Part shown: piece by piece, positions 16,950 to 27,365 of the stretch
How the letters are laid out: each line of letters starts with the position of its first letter
Position numbering within the stretch: the stretch's first letter is position 1
Source: Kiritimatiellia bacterium
GTDB taxonomy: Bacteria > Verrucomicrobiota > Kiritimatiellia > RFP12 > UBA1067
Length of the DNA stretch: 64,000 nt
Assembly (NCBI GenBank): GCA_051884875.1
Contig: JBJEWD010000056.1
Coordinates: forward strand, 23,223 to 87,222
Direction: 5' to 3'
The notes under the pieces: model-generated
Databases searched by the model: none
Told to the model about the DNA's origin: nothing
Seen by the model: the letters and a program-made list of their open reading frames with translations, nothing else
Program-made: the position numbers and the translations under genes

Positions 16950-17990
16950 ATGTCTTCACTGGCTACGCGCGGGACGGTGACGAGGATGATGATGATCCTC
17001 GCGGTTTTTCTCGCCCTGACGCCGGCCGAGGCGCTGGAGATCTCCAACCGCTACCGCAGTCCGCGCAGCGCCGAACGCAAGATCCGTCCATCGACCGATT
17101 TCATCATCCTGCATACGACCGAAGCGCCGGCGCGCAGTTCCCTCAACAAGGTTTCGGAGCGCGGCGAGTGCCACTACTGCGTGACCGAAGAAGGGACGGT
17201 CTACCGCATCGTCGATCGCGACCGCGAGGCATTCCATGCGGGACGTTCGATGTGGAATGGCCGCACGGACATCGACAAATATTCCATCGGCATCGAGTGC
17301 GTGGGGTATCACAACCGGCAGATGCCGCTCGTGCAGCTCTATGCGATCCGTGATCTCGTGAAGGAACTCAAGTCCCTCTACCGATTGCGCGACGATCAGG
17401 TCATGTCGCACAGCATGGTTGCCTACGGCGAGCCGAACAAGTGGCAGAAGTACCGGCACCGCGGGCGCAAGCGATGCGGCATGCTCTTTGCGATGCCGAG
17501 CGTCCGCCGCGTTCTCGATCTCAAGACGCGGGTGCGCGTCGATCCCGATACGACGGCGAAGCGGCTCGCGGTAGGCGACCCCTATCTGCAAAAGGTACTC
17601 TACGGCAACGTCGATACGATGCGTGCGGCCTATGCCAACGTGCCGGTCCGTTCGCCCGTGAAACCGTCGTCGGGCGGCATTTTCGGATGGTTCCGAAAAG
17701 CCGACCCCGCGCCGCCCCCACCTGTCCCGCCGACGCCCGCCTCGACCCGACGCCCTCCCGGCGGCGCCCGGACGTCCCGTGCGCGTGCACCGACAAGCAT
17801 CGCCGAGCTTAAGGCGCAGGGCTACACCATTCGCGGCGTCATCCAGAAGGGCGGACGCACGGCCTCGGGCATTGCGGGTTCGCGCTGGAATTCGGCAACA
17901 ACCTACTACACCATCCGCAACAAGGTGATTCCCGGCAATGCGATCAATCCCGCGAAGATTGAAGTCGGAATGGCCATTTGGATGAAATAG
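16950..17990 (+). CDS. N-acetylmuramoyl-L-alanine amidase (Amidase_2) with Pro-rich linker and C-terminal domain
   Basis: IILHTTE, CHY, AFHAG, SIGIE, SHS; signal peptide. The start is uncertain (16950 follows TGGTATAAT; later Met codons are possible). Confidence 0.85.
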   Translation: MSSLATRGTVTRMMMILAVFLALTPAEALEISNRYRSPRSAERKIRPSTDFIILHTTEAPARSSLNKVSERGECHYCVTEEGTVYRIVDRDREAFHAGRSMWNGRTDIDKYSIGIECVGYHNRQMPLVQLYAIRDLVKELKSLYRLRDDQVMSHSMVAYGEPNKWQKYRHRGRKRCGMLFAMPSVRRVLDLKTRVRVDPDTTAKRLAVGDPYLQKVLYGNVDTMRAAYANVPVRSPVKPSSGGIFGWFRKADPAPPPPVPPTPASTRRPPGGARTSRARAPTSIAELKAQGYTIRGVIQKGGRTASGIAGSRWNSATTYYTIRNKVIPGNAINPAKIEVGMAIWMK

Positions 17991-18016
17991 CCCCCTCTTT
18001 TTGGTATAATGGGGGC

Positions 18017-21000
18017 ATGAAGAGACTTATGTTCGCACTGGTCTGCGGTCTTCTTGCCGCAGGGGTCATGGGGGAGCCGATTACGGGGAAGCATACGTTT
18101 GCCGTTGGTGACGACGCCTTCCTGCTGGACGGCCAGCCGTTCGTCATCCGTTGCGGCGAGATGCATTTCGCGCGCATTCCGCGCGCCCTGTGGCGCCACC
18201 GCATCCAGATGGTGAAGGCGTGCGGCTTCAACGCCGTCTGCGCCTACATGTTCTGGAACAACCATGAGCCCGTGCGCGGCCGCTACGAATTCACAGGCGA
18301 AAAGGACGTGGCGGAATTCTGCCGCATCGCCCAGGAGGAAGGCATGTGGGTCGTCCTCCGCCCCGGTCCCTACACCTGCGCCGAGTGGGAATTCGGCGGG
18401 CTTCCGTGGTGGCTGCTGAAGGAAGACGGCATCCAGTTGCGCACGCGTGACGCGCGCTATCTGAAGCCGGCGTGCGAATACCTCTCCGCCGTGGCCAAGA
18501 CCCTCAAGAAAAGCCAGGTGACGCACGGCGGAAACATCCTGATGGTTCAGGTCGAGAACGAATACGGCTTCTGGGGCAACGACAAGGAGTATATCCGCAG
18601 CCTCTACGAGGCGATTCGCAAGGCGGGCTTCGACGTGCCGGGCTTCTACTGCAATCCCGCCTACAACATTCCGAACGGCCTCATCGACGAGCTGACCCCG
18701 GTTGTCAACTTCGGCTCGAATCCGCAGAACGCCTTCACGCAGCTCAGAAAGGCCCGCGCGAAAGGTCCGCTCATGTGCGGCGAATACTATCCCGCCTGGT
18801 TCGACAGCTGGGGTGAACCGCACCACGTGAAGGGCGCCCGGCAGTGTCTCAACGACCTTGAGTACATGCTGCAGCGCAAGGCCAGCTTCTCCGTCTACAT
18901 GGCGCATGGCGGCACGACCTTCGCCTGGTGGAACGGGTGCAACGCGCCGTTCCGTCCACAGACGTCGAGCTATGACTACGACGCTCCCGTCTCCGAGGCG
19001 GGCTGGCCGCATCCTGAGAAGTTCGGCGCGATGAAAGCGCTTTTCGCGCGCTATCTGAATCCGGGCGAGACGATTCCCGAACCGCCGGCGAGAAACCCCG
19101 TTCAGTCGGGGATCCGCCCTGCGGTGCCGACATCGGCGCGCCTCTGGTCCGTTGCCGACGACGTGCCCGCGTCCGAGGATCCCGTCACCTTTGAGAAGGC
19201 CGATCTCGGCTATGGCTATGCCGTCTACCGCACGACGCTACCCGCCGGCAAGGGAGGCGATCTCGCGGCTGACGTGCGCGATCTCGGCGTCGTGCGCGTG
19301 GACGGGCGGGATATCGGTTTCTTCGATCGTCGCCACAAGAAGGCAAAGGTTCGGATAGAACCCGCCGACAAGGTGCGCACGCTCGAAATCCTCGTCGAGG
19401 AGATGAGCCGCTACAATTTCGGTAAGATCATGCATGAGTCCATGAAGGGCATCATCGGTCCCGTCACGCTCAACGGTGTGCCGCTCAGGGGCTGGACGAT
19501 GGCGCGCATCAACCTCAACGAGGATGCGGCCGACGGTCTCGCGCGTCTCGGCACGTTCGCAGCGGATGATGCGCAGGCTAAGTCCGGCACGGCCTACCGC
19601 TACCTGATTGACCTTGAGGCGAAGGATACGTTCCTCGACATGCGCGACTGGAAGCGCGGCATGGTGCGGGTGAACGGCCGCTGGATCGGCCGCTACTGGT
19701 CGATCGGCCCGACCCAGACGATGTACGTGCCGGGATGCTGGCTCAAGAACGGCGTGAACGAATTCGTCATCCTCGATGTCGTCGGCGTCGCGCCGGCGAA
19801 CGCGCTCAAGTTCCTCGCGACGCCGATCCTGGGCGAGATGCGCCCCGAGACGGACTATTTTGCGTTCCAGCCGCGCCCGAAGCTGGCAAAGCCGCTGGAG
19901 GCGGGGCAGGCCGTCCAGGAAGGCGAATTCGCGAACGAGACCAAGCGTCAGGACGTCCGTTTCGGCAAGTCGGTGAAGGGGCGCTACTTCGCGTTCGAGG
20001 CTCTGAGCGCCTGGGATGGGAGGCCGTTCGCCGCGTGCGGTGAAATCGATCTCGTGGACGGTCAGGGCAAGAACATTCCGCACTCGAAGTGGACGATCGC
20101 CGCGTGTGATTCCGAAGAACGCATGGCCGAGGACGGCAGCGCCGAGAATCTGATCGACGGGCAGACCGCCAACCTGTGGCATACGGAGTGGAAGAACGCC
20201 CAGCCCGGTTTCCCGCACTACTTCGTGATCGATCTCGGCAAGGAGGAGCGCGTGGGAGGATTTAACTTCACGCCCCGCCAGTCTGACGGCGCGGGTCGCG
20301 TGAAGAACTACCGTGTCTATGTGCTCCCCGCGATCGCCATCAGGGAGGTTCCGAAGCCGGGCCCAGCCCTCGTCCCCTATCCGCGGGAAGTGACGATGAA
20401 GAAGGGTTTCGTCACGCTTGGTTCGCTGGACGAGGCGACGGTCAGGAGGGTGCCGGCGGGGAAACTTCCCGCGAATGGTTATGCCATTCGCGTCACGCCA
20501 ACAGGCGTGGCGATGATTGCGGCCGCCGACGAAGCCGGCGCATTTTATGCGCGGCAGACCTTGAAGCAGCTCGCCGAAAAGACGGCGGACGGCTTCTCGG
20601 TGCCGTGCTGCGAAATCAAGGACTGGCCGACATTCGGCTGGCGCGGCATCATGTGGGACGACTGCCGTCATTTTTTCGGCAAGGAAGCGATTCTGAAGAC
20701 GCTCGATGCGATGGCCGCGCACAAGATGAACGTCTTCCACTGGCATCTCACCGAGGATCAGGCCTGGCGGCTTGACATCCCGAAGTATCCCGATCTCGTG
20801 AAATACGGCGCCGTGCGGTCGCGCTCCGCCCATCCCGATGGACTCGGACGTCAGGGATTTGACGAGAATCCCTACGGTCCGTTCTTCTACACCGAGGCGG
20901 ACGTCAGGGAAATCGTCGCCTACGCCAAGGCCCGCCACATCCGCATTGTTCCGGAAATCGAGATACCCGGTCACGCGCTTGCGGCGATTGCGGCATATCC

Positions 21001-21799
21001 TGAGCTCTGCTGTCGCGGCAAGGCCGTCTTCGACGGACGCGACCATGGCGAACCCTGGCCCCAATGGGGCGTCTCGAAGGATATTTTCTGTGCGGGCAAT
21101 GACGCGACGATCGAGTTTCTGGAGAATGTCCTTGACCATGTGGTGGCGCTTTTCCCCGACGAGGTCATTCATATCGGCGGCGACGAGGCCCCGAAGGACC
21201 GTTGGCAAGAATGCCCGAAGTGCCAGGCCCGCATCAAACAGCTCGGCCTCAAGAACGCCCATGAGCTGCAGGGCTGGGTGACGAAGCATTTCACCGAATA
21301 TCTCGCCAAGAAAGGGCGGCGGGCGATCGGCTGGGACGAAATCGCCGAATGCGAACTCCCGCAGCAGACGATGGTCATGAATTGGCATGGCGTCCAAAAG
21401 GGCGTTACGGCGGCGAAGAAAGGGCATGACGTCGTCTTCACGCCGATGAGCAACTGCTATCTCGACTATCGTCAGTGCTCGAAAGAGGAGCATCTGGCCA
21501 AAGGCTACGGTTTTCCGAGTTGGGCCGGCGAGCTGAATCTCCAGAGGGTTTATTCGCTCGATCCACTTGCGGGGATCCCCGCAGAGCAGCGGAAACATGT
21601 CTGCGGCGTGCAGGGGAATCTCTGGACCGAGTCCGTCGTGACGCCTGCCGAGATGGAGTGGAAACTCTGGCCACGCGCGGCGGCCCTTGCCGAGATCGGC
21701 TGGAGCGGCGGTTCGGCGCATCCCTACGCCGACTTCAAACGTCGCGTTGATGTGGATATGAAGCGTATGGCTGATGCGGGCTACAACGTGCGGCGATAG
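18017..21799 (+). CDS. Bifunctional GH35 beta-galactosidase - F5/8 (CBM32) - GH20 beta-hexosaminidase
   Basis: GH35: GEMHFARIP, RPGPYTCAEWEFGG, QVENEYG. F5/8: NLIDG..LWHT..PH..IDLG. GH20: WRGIMWDDCRHFF, HWHLTEDQ, HIGGDE. Signal peptide from ATG 18017. Confidence 0.92.
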   Translation: MKRLMFALVCGLLAAGVMGEPITGKHTFAVGDDAFLLDGQPFVIRCGEMHFARIPRALWRHRIQMVKACGFNAVCAYMFWNNHEPVRGRYEFTGEKDVAEFCRIAQEEGMWVVLRPGPYTCAEWEFGGLPWWLLKEDGIQLRTRDARYLKPACEYLSAVAKTLKKSQVTHGGNILMVQVENEYGFWGNDKEYIRSLYEAIRKAGFDVPGFYCNPAYNIPNGLIDELTPVVNFGSNPQNAFTQLRKARAKGPLMCGEYYPAWFDSWGEPHHVKGARQCLNDLEYMLQRKASFSVYMAHGGTTFAWWNGCNAPFRPQTSSYDYDAPVSEAGWPHPEKFGAMKALFARYLNPGETIPEPPARNPVQSGIRPAVPTSARLWSVADDVPASEDPVTFEKADLGYGYAVYRTTLPAGKGGDLAADVRDLGVVRVDGRDIGFFDRRHKKAKVRIEPADKVRTLEILVEEMSRYNFGKIMHESMKGIIGPVTLNGVPLRGWTMARINLNEDAADGLARLGTFAADDAQAKSGTAYRYLIDLEAKDTFLDMRDWKRGMVRVNGRWIGRYWSIGPTQTMYVPGCWLKNGVNEFVILDVVGVAPANALKFLATPILGEMRPETDYFAFQPRPKLAKPLEAGQAVQEGEFANETKRQDVRFGKSVKGRYFAFEALSAWDGRPFAACGEIDLVDGQGKNIPHSKWTIAACDSEERMAEDGSAENLIDGQTANLWHTEWKNAQPGFPHYFVIDLGKEERVGGFNFTPRQSDGAGRVKNYRVYVLPAIAIREVPKPGPALVPYPREVTMKKGFVTLGSLDEATVRRVPAGKLPANGYAIRVTPTGVAMIAAADEAGAFYARQTLKQLAEKTADGFSVPCCEIKDWPTFGWRGIMWDDCRHFFGKEAILKTLDAMAAHKMNVFHWHLTEDQAWRLDIPKYPDLVKYGAVRSRSAHPDGLGRQGFDENPYGPFFYTEADVREIVAYAKARHIRIVPEIEIPGHALAAIAAYPELCCRGKAVFDGRDHGEPWPQWGVSKDIFCAGNDATIEFLENVLDHVVALFPDEVIHIGGDEAPKDRWQECPKCQARIKQLGLKNAHELQGWVTKHFTEYLAKKGRRAIGWDEIAECELPQQTMVMNWHGVQKGVTAAKKGHDVVFTPMSNCYLDYRQCSKEEHLAKGYGFPSWAGELNLQRVYSLDPLAGIPAEQRKHVCGVQGNLWTESVVTPAEMEWKLWPRAAALAEIGWSGGSAHPYADFKRRVDVDMKRMADAGYNVRR

Positions 21800-21846
21800 G
21801 CGGGCTCTGCCCGACTATGCGATGATCGAATGGAACGCGCACCTCG

Positions 21847-22968
21847 TCAACTGAGGCGTCCTTTGAAATCGGAATAGCCGAAGCGGCGCAGCATCCTTAT
21901 GCCGCCGCGCTTGGTCTTCAGCGCGATGGCCGGCAGCTTCATGCCGTTGAAGGTGTTGTTCTTCACCATGGAGTAGATCGCCATGTCCTCAAAGACGATC
22001 CGGTCGCCTGCTTTCAGCGGACGGTCGAACGAATACTCGCCGATGACGTCGCCCGCGAGGCAGGTCGGCCCGCCGAGGCGGTAGGCAAAGGGTTTCTCGC
22101 CCTTCTCCCCCGCCCCGGTGACGCGCGGACGATACGGCATTTCAAGCACGTCCGGCATGTGGCATTCGGCGCTGGCGTCGAGGATGGCGAACGGTTCGCC
22201 CCAGTCGTTCGTTTCAAGCACCGACGCCACCAGGACGCCGGCGTTCAGCGCCACCGCTTCGCCGGGCTCCAGATAGACGTCGAGACGGGGCCAGCGTTTT
22301 CTGAAGTCCTTGAGCGTTTTCACGAGCAGTTCGACGTCGTAGCCCGGGCGCGTGATGTGATGACCGCCGCCGAAGTTCACCCACTTCAGCCGGGGCAGGA
22401 ACGCGCCGAACTGCGCCTCGAAGCGCGGCAGCGTCCGGGCCAGGGCGTCGGCGTCCTGTTCGCAGAGCGAATGGAAGTGCAGGCCGTCCAGCAGACCGAT
22501 TGTCTGTTCGTCGACGAACTGTTGCGGCGTCCCGAGCCGCGACGACGGCGAGGAGGGGTCGTAGAGGGCGCACGCGACTTCGCTGTAGCGGTGGTTGACC
22601 CTGAGGCCGGGCGAGACGCCGGCGCGTTTTGCGCGCCGGGCGTAGCGCGCGACCTGGCGCGGCGAGTTGAAGACGACGTGGTCGCAGAGCTTCAGGATCT
22701 CGCGGAAGTCGCCCTCGGTGAAGGCGGGATTGAAGACGTGGTTCTCCCGGTGCGGCATCTCCTCGGCGGCGAGACGCGCCTCGAAGAGGCCGCTCGCCGT
22801 GGTGCCGTCGAGATATTTCGCCACGAGCGGATAGGTCTTCCAGGCGCTGAAGGCCTTTTGCGCGAGCAGGATCTTCACGCCGGCGCGCGTCTTCACCCGG
22901 TGGAGCAGCTTCAGGTTGCGCTCCAGCGCCGCTTCGTCGATCAGGTAGTAGGGCGTCTGCGGCTTCAC
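21847..22968 (-). CDS. nspC: Carboxy(nor)spermidine decarboxylase
   Basis: TPYYLID, LLAQKAF, GLHFHSLCEQ, NFGGGHHIT, EPGEA, HMPDVLEMPY; the GTG start overlaps the upstream stop. Confidence 0.93.
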   Translation of the reverse strand: MKPQTPYYLIDEAALERNLKLLHRVKTRAGVKILLAQKAFSAWKTYPLVAKYLDGTTASGLFEARLAAEEMPHRENHVFNPAFTEGDFREILKLCDHVVFNSPRQVARYARRAKRAGVSPGLRVNHRYSEVACALYDPSSPSSRLGTPQQFVDEQTIGLLDGLHFHSLCEQDADALARTLPRFEAQFGAFLPRLKWVNFGGGHHITRPGYDVELLVKTLKDFRKRWPRLDVYLEPGEAVALNAGVLVASVLETNDWGEPFAILDASAECHMPDVLEMPYRPRVTGAGEKGEKPFAYRLGGPTCLAGDVIGEYSFDRPLKAGDRIVFEDMAIYSMVKNNTFNGMKLPAIALKTKRGGIRMLRRFGYSDFKGRLS

Positions 22969-24170
22969 GGCACCAGGACGGGGTCGAAGGACTCTTTCCA
23001 GGGCAGGCCGCACCGGTTGAGCTCGGCCATGAAGGGATCGGGGTCGAATTCCTCGGCGGTGTAGACGCCGGGTTTGTTCCAGCGCCCCTCCAGGAACATC
23101 TTCGCGCCGATCATGGCCGGCACGCCGGTCGTGTAGCTGATGGCCTGCGATCCCACCTCCTTGTAGCATTCCTGGTGGTCGCAGATGTTGTAGACGTAGT
23201 ACTTCACGTCTTTGCCGTCCTTCACGCCGGTGAAGATGCAGCCGATGTTCGTTTTGCCGACCGTGCGCGGACCCAGCGTCGCCGGGTCCGGCAGCAGCGC
23301 CTTGAGGAATTGGATGGGGACGATCTCGCGACCCTCGTACAGGATGGGCTTGATCGACGTCAGCCCGATGTTCTCGAAGCACTTGAGGTGGGTGAGATAG
23401 CTTTGCCCAAAGGTCATGAAGAAGCGGATGCGCCGGATGCCTTTCAGGTGGAGGGCGAGCGATTCGATCTCTTCATGATGCAGCAGATACATGTCCTTCC
23501 GTCCGACGCCGTCGAAGTCGTATTCGCGCTTGATTTCCATCGGCTCGGTTTCGACCCATTTGCCGTCCTGCCAGTAGCTTCCCTTGGCGGAGACTTCGCG
23601 GATGTTGATCTCCGGATTGAAGTTGGTGGCGAAGGGGTAGCCGTGGTCGCCGCCGTTGCAGTCGAGGATGTCGAGGCTGTGGATCTCGTCGAAATAGTGC
23701 TTCTGGGCGTAGGCGGAGAAGACCTGGGTGACGCCGGGATCAAAGCCGCAGCCGAGGATCGCGGTCAGCCCCGCTTTCTCGAAGCGCTCGCGATAGGCCC
23801 ATTGCCAGGAGTACTCGAAGTGGGCGGTGTCCGGCGGCTCGTAGTTGGCGGTGTCGAGATAGCTGACGCCGGCCTTGAGGCAGGCGTCCATGATGGCCAG
23901 GTCCTGGTAGGGCAGGGCGATGTTCATCACGAGCTTCGGCCGGAACTCCCCGATCATCTTGACCAGGGCTTCCGTGTCCATCGCATCGATCGCGGCGGTG
24001 GTTATGACGGACGCGCTGCCGCGCTTTTCGATGGATTCCCTTATCGCGTCACACCTGGCCTTGGTGCGCGAGGCGATGAGGATTTCGCCGAACGTCTCCG
24101 GGTGCTGGGCGCATTTGGCCGCGACGACGCCGGCGACGCCGCCGGCTCCGATGATCATTACCTTATTCAT
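22965..24170 (-). CDS. Carboxy(nor)spermidine dehydrogenase (saccharopine dehydrogenase family)
   Basis: IIGAGGV, YLDTANYE, GCGFDPGVT, FATNFNPEINIRE; adjacent to nspC. Confidence 0.93.
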   Translation of the reverse strand: MNKVMIIGAGGVAGVVAAKCAQHPETFGEILIASRTKARCDAIRESIEKRGSASVITTAAIDAMDTEALVKMIGEFRPKLVMNIALPYQDLAIMDACLKAGVSYLDTANYEPPDTAHFEYSWQWAYRERFEKAGLTAILGCGFDPGVTQVFSAYAQKHYFDEIHSLDILDCNGGDHGYPFATNFNPEINIREVSAKGSYWQDGKWVETEPMEIKREYDFDGVGRKDMYLLHHEEIESLALHLKGIRRIRFFMTFGQSYLTHLKCFENIGLTSIKPILYEGREIVPIQFLKALLPDPATLGPRTVGKTNIGCIFTGVKDGKDVKYYVYNICDHQECYKEVGSQAISYTTGVPAMIGAKMFLEGRWNKPGVYTAEEFDPDPFMAELNRCGLPWKESFDPVLVP

Positions 24171-24173
24171 GGC

Positions 24174-25034
24174 TCATTCTCCTTGGACAATCATTTTGTG
24201 GGCCGCGACGAGTTCTTCGCGCAGCAGTTTGCACGCCAGGGCGGTGGAACGCCCGGAGGCGTCGAGCATGGGCGAAAGTTCGACGTTGTCGAACGCCACG
24301 ACGTTGAAACGCGCGAACACGCCGCGCAGGGCGTCCGCCAGCGCGCCGTATGACACGCCGCCGGCCTCCGGCGTGCCGGTGCCGGGGAACTCGCCCGGGT
24401 CGAGCACGTCCAGGTCGACGCTGAGATAGACCGGCGTGCCGCTTTCGAGCGCTAGCGCGGACAGCTCGTCGATTCGGAAGGGGCGGGTCGTGACGTGGCC
24501 GTCTTTCATGAACTGGAACTCCTCCCGGGTGCCGGAGCGAATGCCGAACTGGAAGATCCGGCCGTCGCCGAGCAAATCGTGGCAGCGCCGCATCACGCAG
24601 GCGTGGGAGAACCGGACCCCGAGATAGTCCTCACGCAGGTCCGCATGCGCGTCCAGGTGGATGATATGGAGTCCGGGATGCTTCTCCGCGACGGCGCGGA
24701 CCGCGCCGAAGGTGACCAGGTGCTCGCCGCCGATCAGCGCCGGCAGCTTGCCGTCGGCGAGGATCTGCCGCGTCCGCCGGTAGATCATGTCGAGCGGTTT
24801 CATGGGATCGCCGAACGGCAGTTCGAGGTCGCCGGCGTCATGGACGCGGCAGTCTTCGAGATCCTCGTCCTGATACGGCGAGTAGGTTTCGATGCCGAAC
24901 GACTCCGCCCGCATGGCGGAGCCGGCGAACCTCGCGCCGGGCCGGAAGGAGGTGGTGGAATCGTAGGGCGCCCCGAAGAGGACGATGCGCGCCGCTTCGT
25001 AGGACGCCGTGCAGGCGATGAAGGAGTCGGACAT
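24174..25034 (-). CDS. speB: Agmatinase
   Basis: GGEHLVT, LDAHADLR, SVDLDVLDP..PGTGTPEAGG; ATG at 25034. Confidence 0.92.
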   Translation of the reverse strand: MSDSFIACTASYEAARIVLFGAPYDSTTSFRPGARFAGSAMRAESFGIETYSPYQDEDLEDCRVHDAGDLELPFGDPMKPLDMIYRRTRQILADGKLPALIGGEHLVTFGAVRAVAEKHPGLHIIHLDAHADLREDYLGVRFSHACVMRRCHDLLGDGRIFQFGIRSGTREEFQFMKDGHVTTRPFRIDELSALALESGTPVYLSVDLDVLDPGEFPGTGTPEAGGVSYGALADALRGVFARFNVVAFDNVELSPMLDASGRSTALACKLLREELVAAHKMIVQGE

Positions 25035-25057
25035 CTTATTGTTCTCCGATGGCCGGC

Positions 25058-25915
25058 TTACCGGATGGTCATCTGCCCGAGCAGTTCGCGCACGTAGTTC
25101 GGCAGGGCGAAGCAGCCTTTGTGCAGATCGGGGTTGTAGTAACGGGTGCGGATCTTGTACTGATTCCATCGCTTCGCGTGCAGATCCTTCAGCGGATGGT
25201 ACTTCTTGGAGGCGAAGCCGAAGAGCCAGTGGCCGGACGGATAGGACGGAATGTGCGCCTGGTAGAGCATGGAGATGTCGAACGCCGTGGCGATGTGCTT
25301 GTGGGCCCGCTGCACGGTCTGGGAGTGGCCGGAGTAGAAGGGCGATTCATGCTGGTTGATCAGGATGCCGTCCGCGTGCATCGCCTTCCAGCAGTTGCCG
25401 TAGAACTCGCGCGTGAACAGGCCTTCCGCCGGACCATAGGGGTCGGCCGAGTCGACGATGATCAGGTCGTATTCGTTCACCTGGCCGCGCACGAAGCGCA
25501 GGCCCTCCTCGACGTGGATGTGGACGCGCTTGTCGCGGAACGCCGAACTGCAGAAGCCGAGGTGGGCCATCGCCAGGGTGAAGAGATCCTTGTCGGGCTG
25601 GACGACGTCGATGCGGCAGATCGACCGGTACTTGATCAGCTCACGGACCGTTCCGCCGTCGCCCGCGCCGATGACCAGGACGCTGCGCACGTTCGGATGG
25701 ACCGCCATCGGCACGTGGGCGAGCATCTCGTGATAGATGAATTCGTCCTTCTCCGTGAGGAAGAGCTCGCCGTCGAGTACCAGGACTCTCCCGTATTCAA
25801 CGGTGTCGAGGATCTCGATGACCTCGTTGTCGCTTTTCTGCGAGGCGATCTGACGCAGGACCTTCATCGAGAAACGGCAGTCCTTCGTGTGCTGGTCGGT
25901 ATACCACAGTTCCAT
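25058..25915 (-). CDS. speE: Spermidine synthase-like aminopropyltransferase
   Basis: LDG...TEKDEFIYHEMLAH, VLVIGAGDGG, YDLIIVDSADP. Confidence 0.88.
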   Translation of the reverse strand: MELWYTDQHTKDCRFSMKVLRQIASQKSDNEVIEILDTVEYGRVLVLDGELFLTEKDEFIYHEMLAHVPMAVHPNVRSVLVIGAGDGGTVRELIKYRSICRIDVVQPDKDLFTLAMAHLGFCSSAFRDKRVHIHVEEGLRFVRGQVNEYDLIIVDSADPYGPAEGLFTREFYGNCWKAMHADGILINQHESPFYSGHSQTVQRAHKHIATAFDISMLYQAHIPSYPSGHWLFGFASKKYHPLKDLHAKRWNQYKIRTRYYNPDLHKGCFALPNYVRELLGQMTIR

Positions 25916-25916
25916 C

Positions 25917-27365
25917 TTATTTCACCACGTTGATGTTGTTGATCTTCATGTCCGCCGGGCCGGTCATGAAGCAGCCTTTGGACTTGGCGTACAGGACGTA
26001 GTCGAGGACTTCGCGGGTGATGCGCTCGCCCGGCGCGAGAATCGGGATGCCCGGTGGATAGCACATCACGAATTCCGCCGCAATCTTTCCTTCGCTCCGG
26101 GTGATGGCGACGGATTTTTTCTGGGCGTAGAAGGCCGCCTGCGGCGACATCTCGACGACCGGCGCGACGTATTCGTGGTCGAAGAGACCGGCGGGCGACT
26201 TCTCGTGGAGGCGCTTGATCTCCGAAAGCGCCGAGATGAGGCGCTCGATGTCGAGCGTTCGGTCGCCGGACGACAGGATGCAGAGGATGTTGCCGACGTC
26301 GCCGAATTCGATCTGGATGCCGTATTCGTCGCGCAGGTAGTCATAGACCTCGATGCCCGCCAGGCCGATGTTCCGGGTGTGGATCGACAGCTTCGTGGTG
26401 TCGAAGCCGCAGACGGAGTCGTTGTTCACCAGTTCCGGGCCGAAGGCGTAGTAGCCGCCGATGTCGTTGATCTCGGAGCGGGCGTAGTCCGCCATCTGGA
26501 TGGTCTTCTCGTACATGGCGCGGCCGTTGAAATACAGGTTCTTGCGCGCGATGTCGAGCGAGACCAGGAGGAGATAGGAGGCGGAGGTCGTCTGGGTCAG
26601 GTTGATGACCTGGCGGATGTAGTCGGGGTTGACGGGGCGCTTCGTCAGCAGCAGCGACGACTGGGTGAGCGAACCGCCGGTCTTGTGGATCGAGCAGGCC
26701 GCCATGTCGGCGCCGGCCTCCATCGCCGAGACCGGCAGCTGGTCCGAGAAGTAGAAGTGGGTTCCGTGCGCCTCGTCGACGAGCACCAGCATGCCGTGGG
26801 CGTGCGCCAGCCCGACGATCGAACGCAGGTCGGAGCAGATGCCGTAGTAGGTCGGATTGTTGACCAGCACCGCCTTGGCGTCGGGATTGGCTTCGATCGC
26901 CGCCTCCAGGTCGGAGAGCGCCATGCCCAGCGGAATGCCCAGGTCGGCGTTGACCTGGGGGTTAACGTAGACCGGGATCGCACCGTTCACCACCAGCGCG
27001 TTGATCGCCGAGCGATGGACGTTGCGCGGCAGAATGACTTTCTGCCCGGCCTGGACCGAGGCGAAGATCATGGTCTGGACTGCGGCGGTCGTGCCGTTGA
27101 CGATGAAAAACGCATTGTCCGCCTTGAAGGCTTCGGCCGCCAGACTCTGCGCGTCTTTGATGACCGATACGGGGTGGGCCAGATTGTCCAGCGGCTTCAT
27201 CGAGTTCACGTCCAGGGTCATCAGCTTGGCGCCGAAGTAGTCGTTCAACGCCGGATTCATCCGGCCGCCCTTGTGCCCAGGCACGTCGAAATGCGCCAAC
27301 CGGTTGACCCGTTGCTCTTCCAGAGCGTTGGCGACAGGTGTATCAGACTGCTTGAGAAGCTTCAT
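25917..27365 (-). CDS. Orn/Lys/Arg decarboxylase (aspartate aminotransferase fold), probably arginine decarboxylase
   Basis: FDVPGHK, VNGTT, PRNVH, VDEAHG, SIHK (PLP Lys), YPPGIP; heads the polyamine operon. Confidence 0.9.
   Translation of the reverse strand: MKLLKQSDTPVANALEEQRVNRLAHFDVPGHKGGRMNPALNDYFGAKLMTLDVNSMKPLDNLAHPVSVIKDAQSLAAEAFKADNAFFIVNGTTAAVQTMIFASVQAGQKVILPRNVHRSAINALVVNGAIPVYVNPQVNADLGIPLGMALSDLEAAIEANPDAKAVLVNNPTYYGICSDLRSIVGLAHAHGMLVLVDEAHGTHFYFSDQLPVSAMEAGADMAACSIHKTGGSLTQSSLLLTKRPVNPDYIRQVINLTQTTSASYLLLVSLDIARKNLYFNGRAMYEKTIQMADYARSEINDIGGYYAFGPELVNNDSVCGFDTTKLSIHTRNIGLAGIEVYDYLRDEYGIQIEFGDVGNILCILSSGDRTLDIERLISALSEIKRLHEKSPAGLFDHEYVAPVVEMSPQAAFYAQKKSVAITRSEGKIAAEFVMCYPPGIPILAPGERITREVLDYVLYAKSKGCFMTGPADMKINNINVVK

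Noticed and set aside
19238-21721. Long antisense or alternative-frame ORFs (e.g. 19238-21721, 25887-27476, 55935-57476, 51514-52965)
   Set aside because: They are shadow ORFs opposite well-supported genes, expected from high-GC codon bias.
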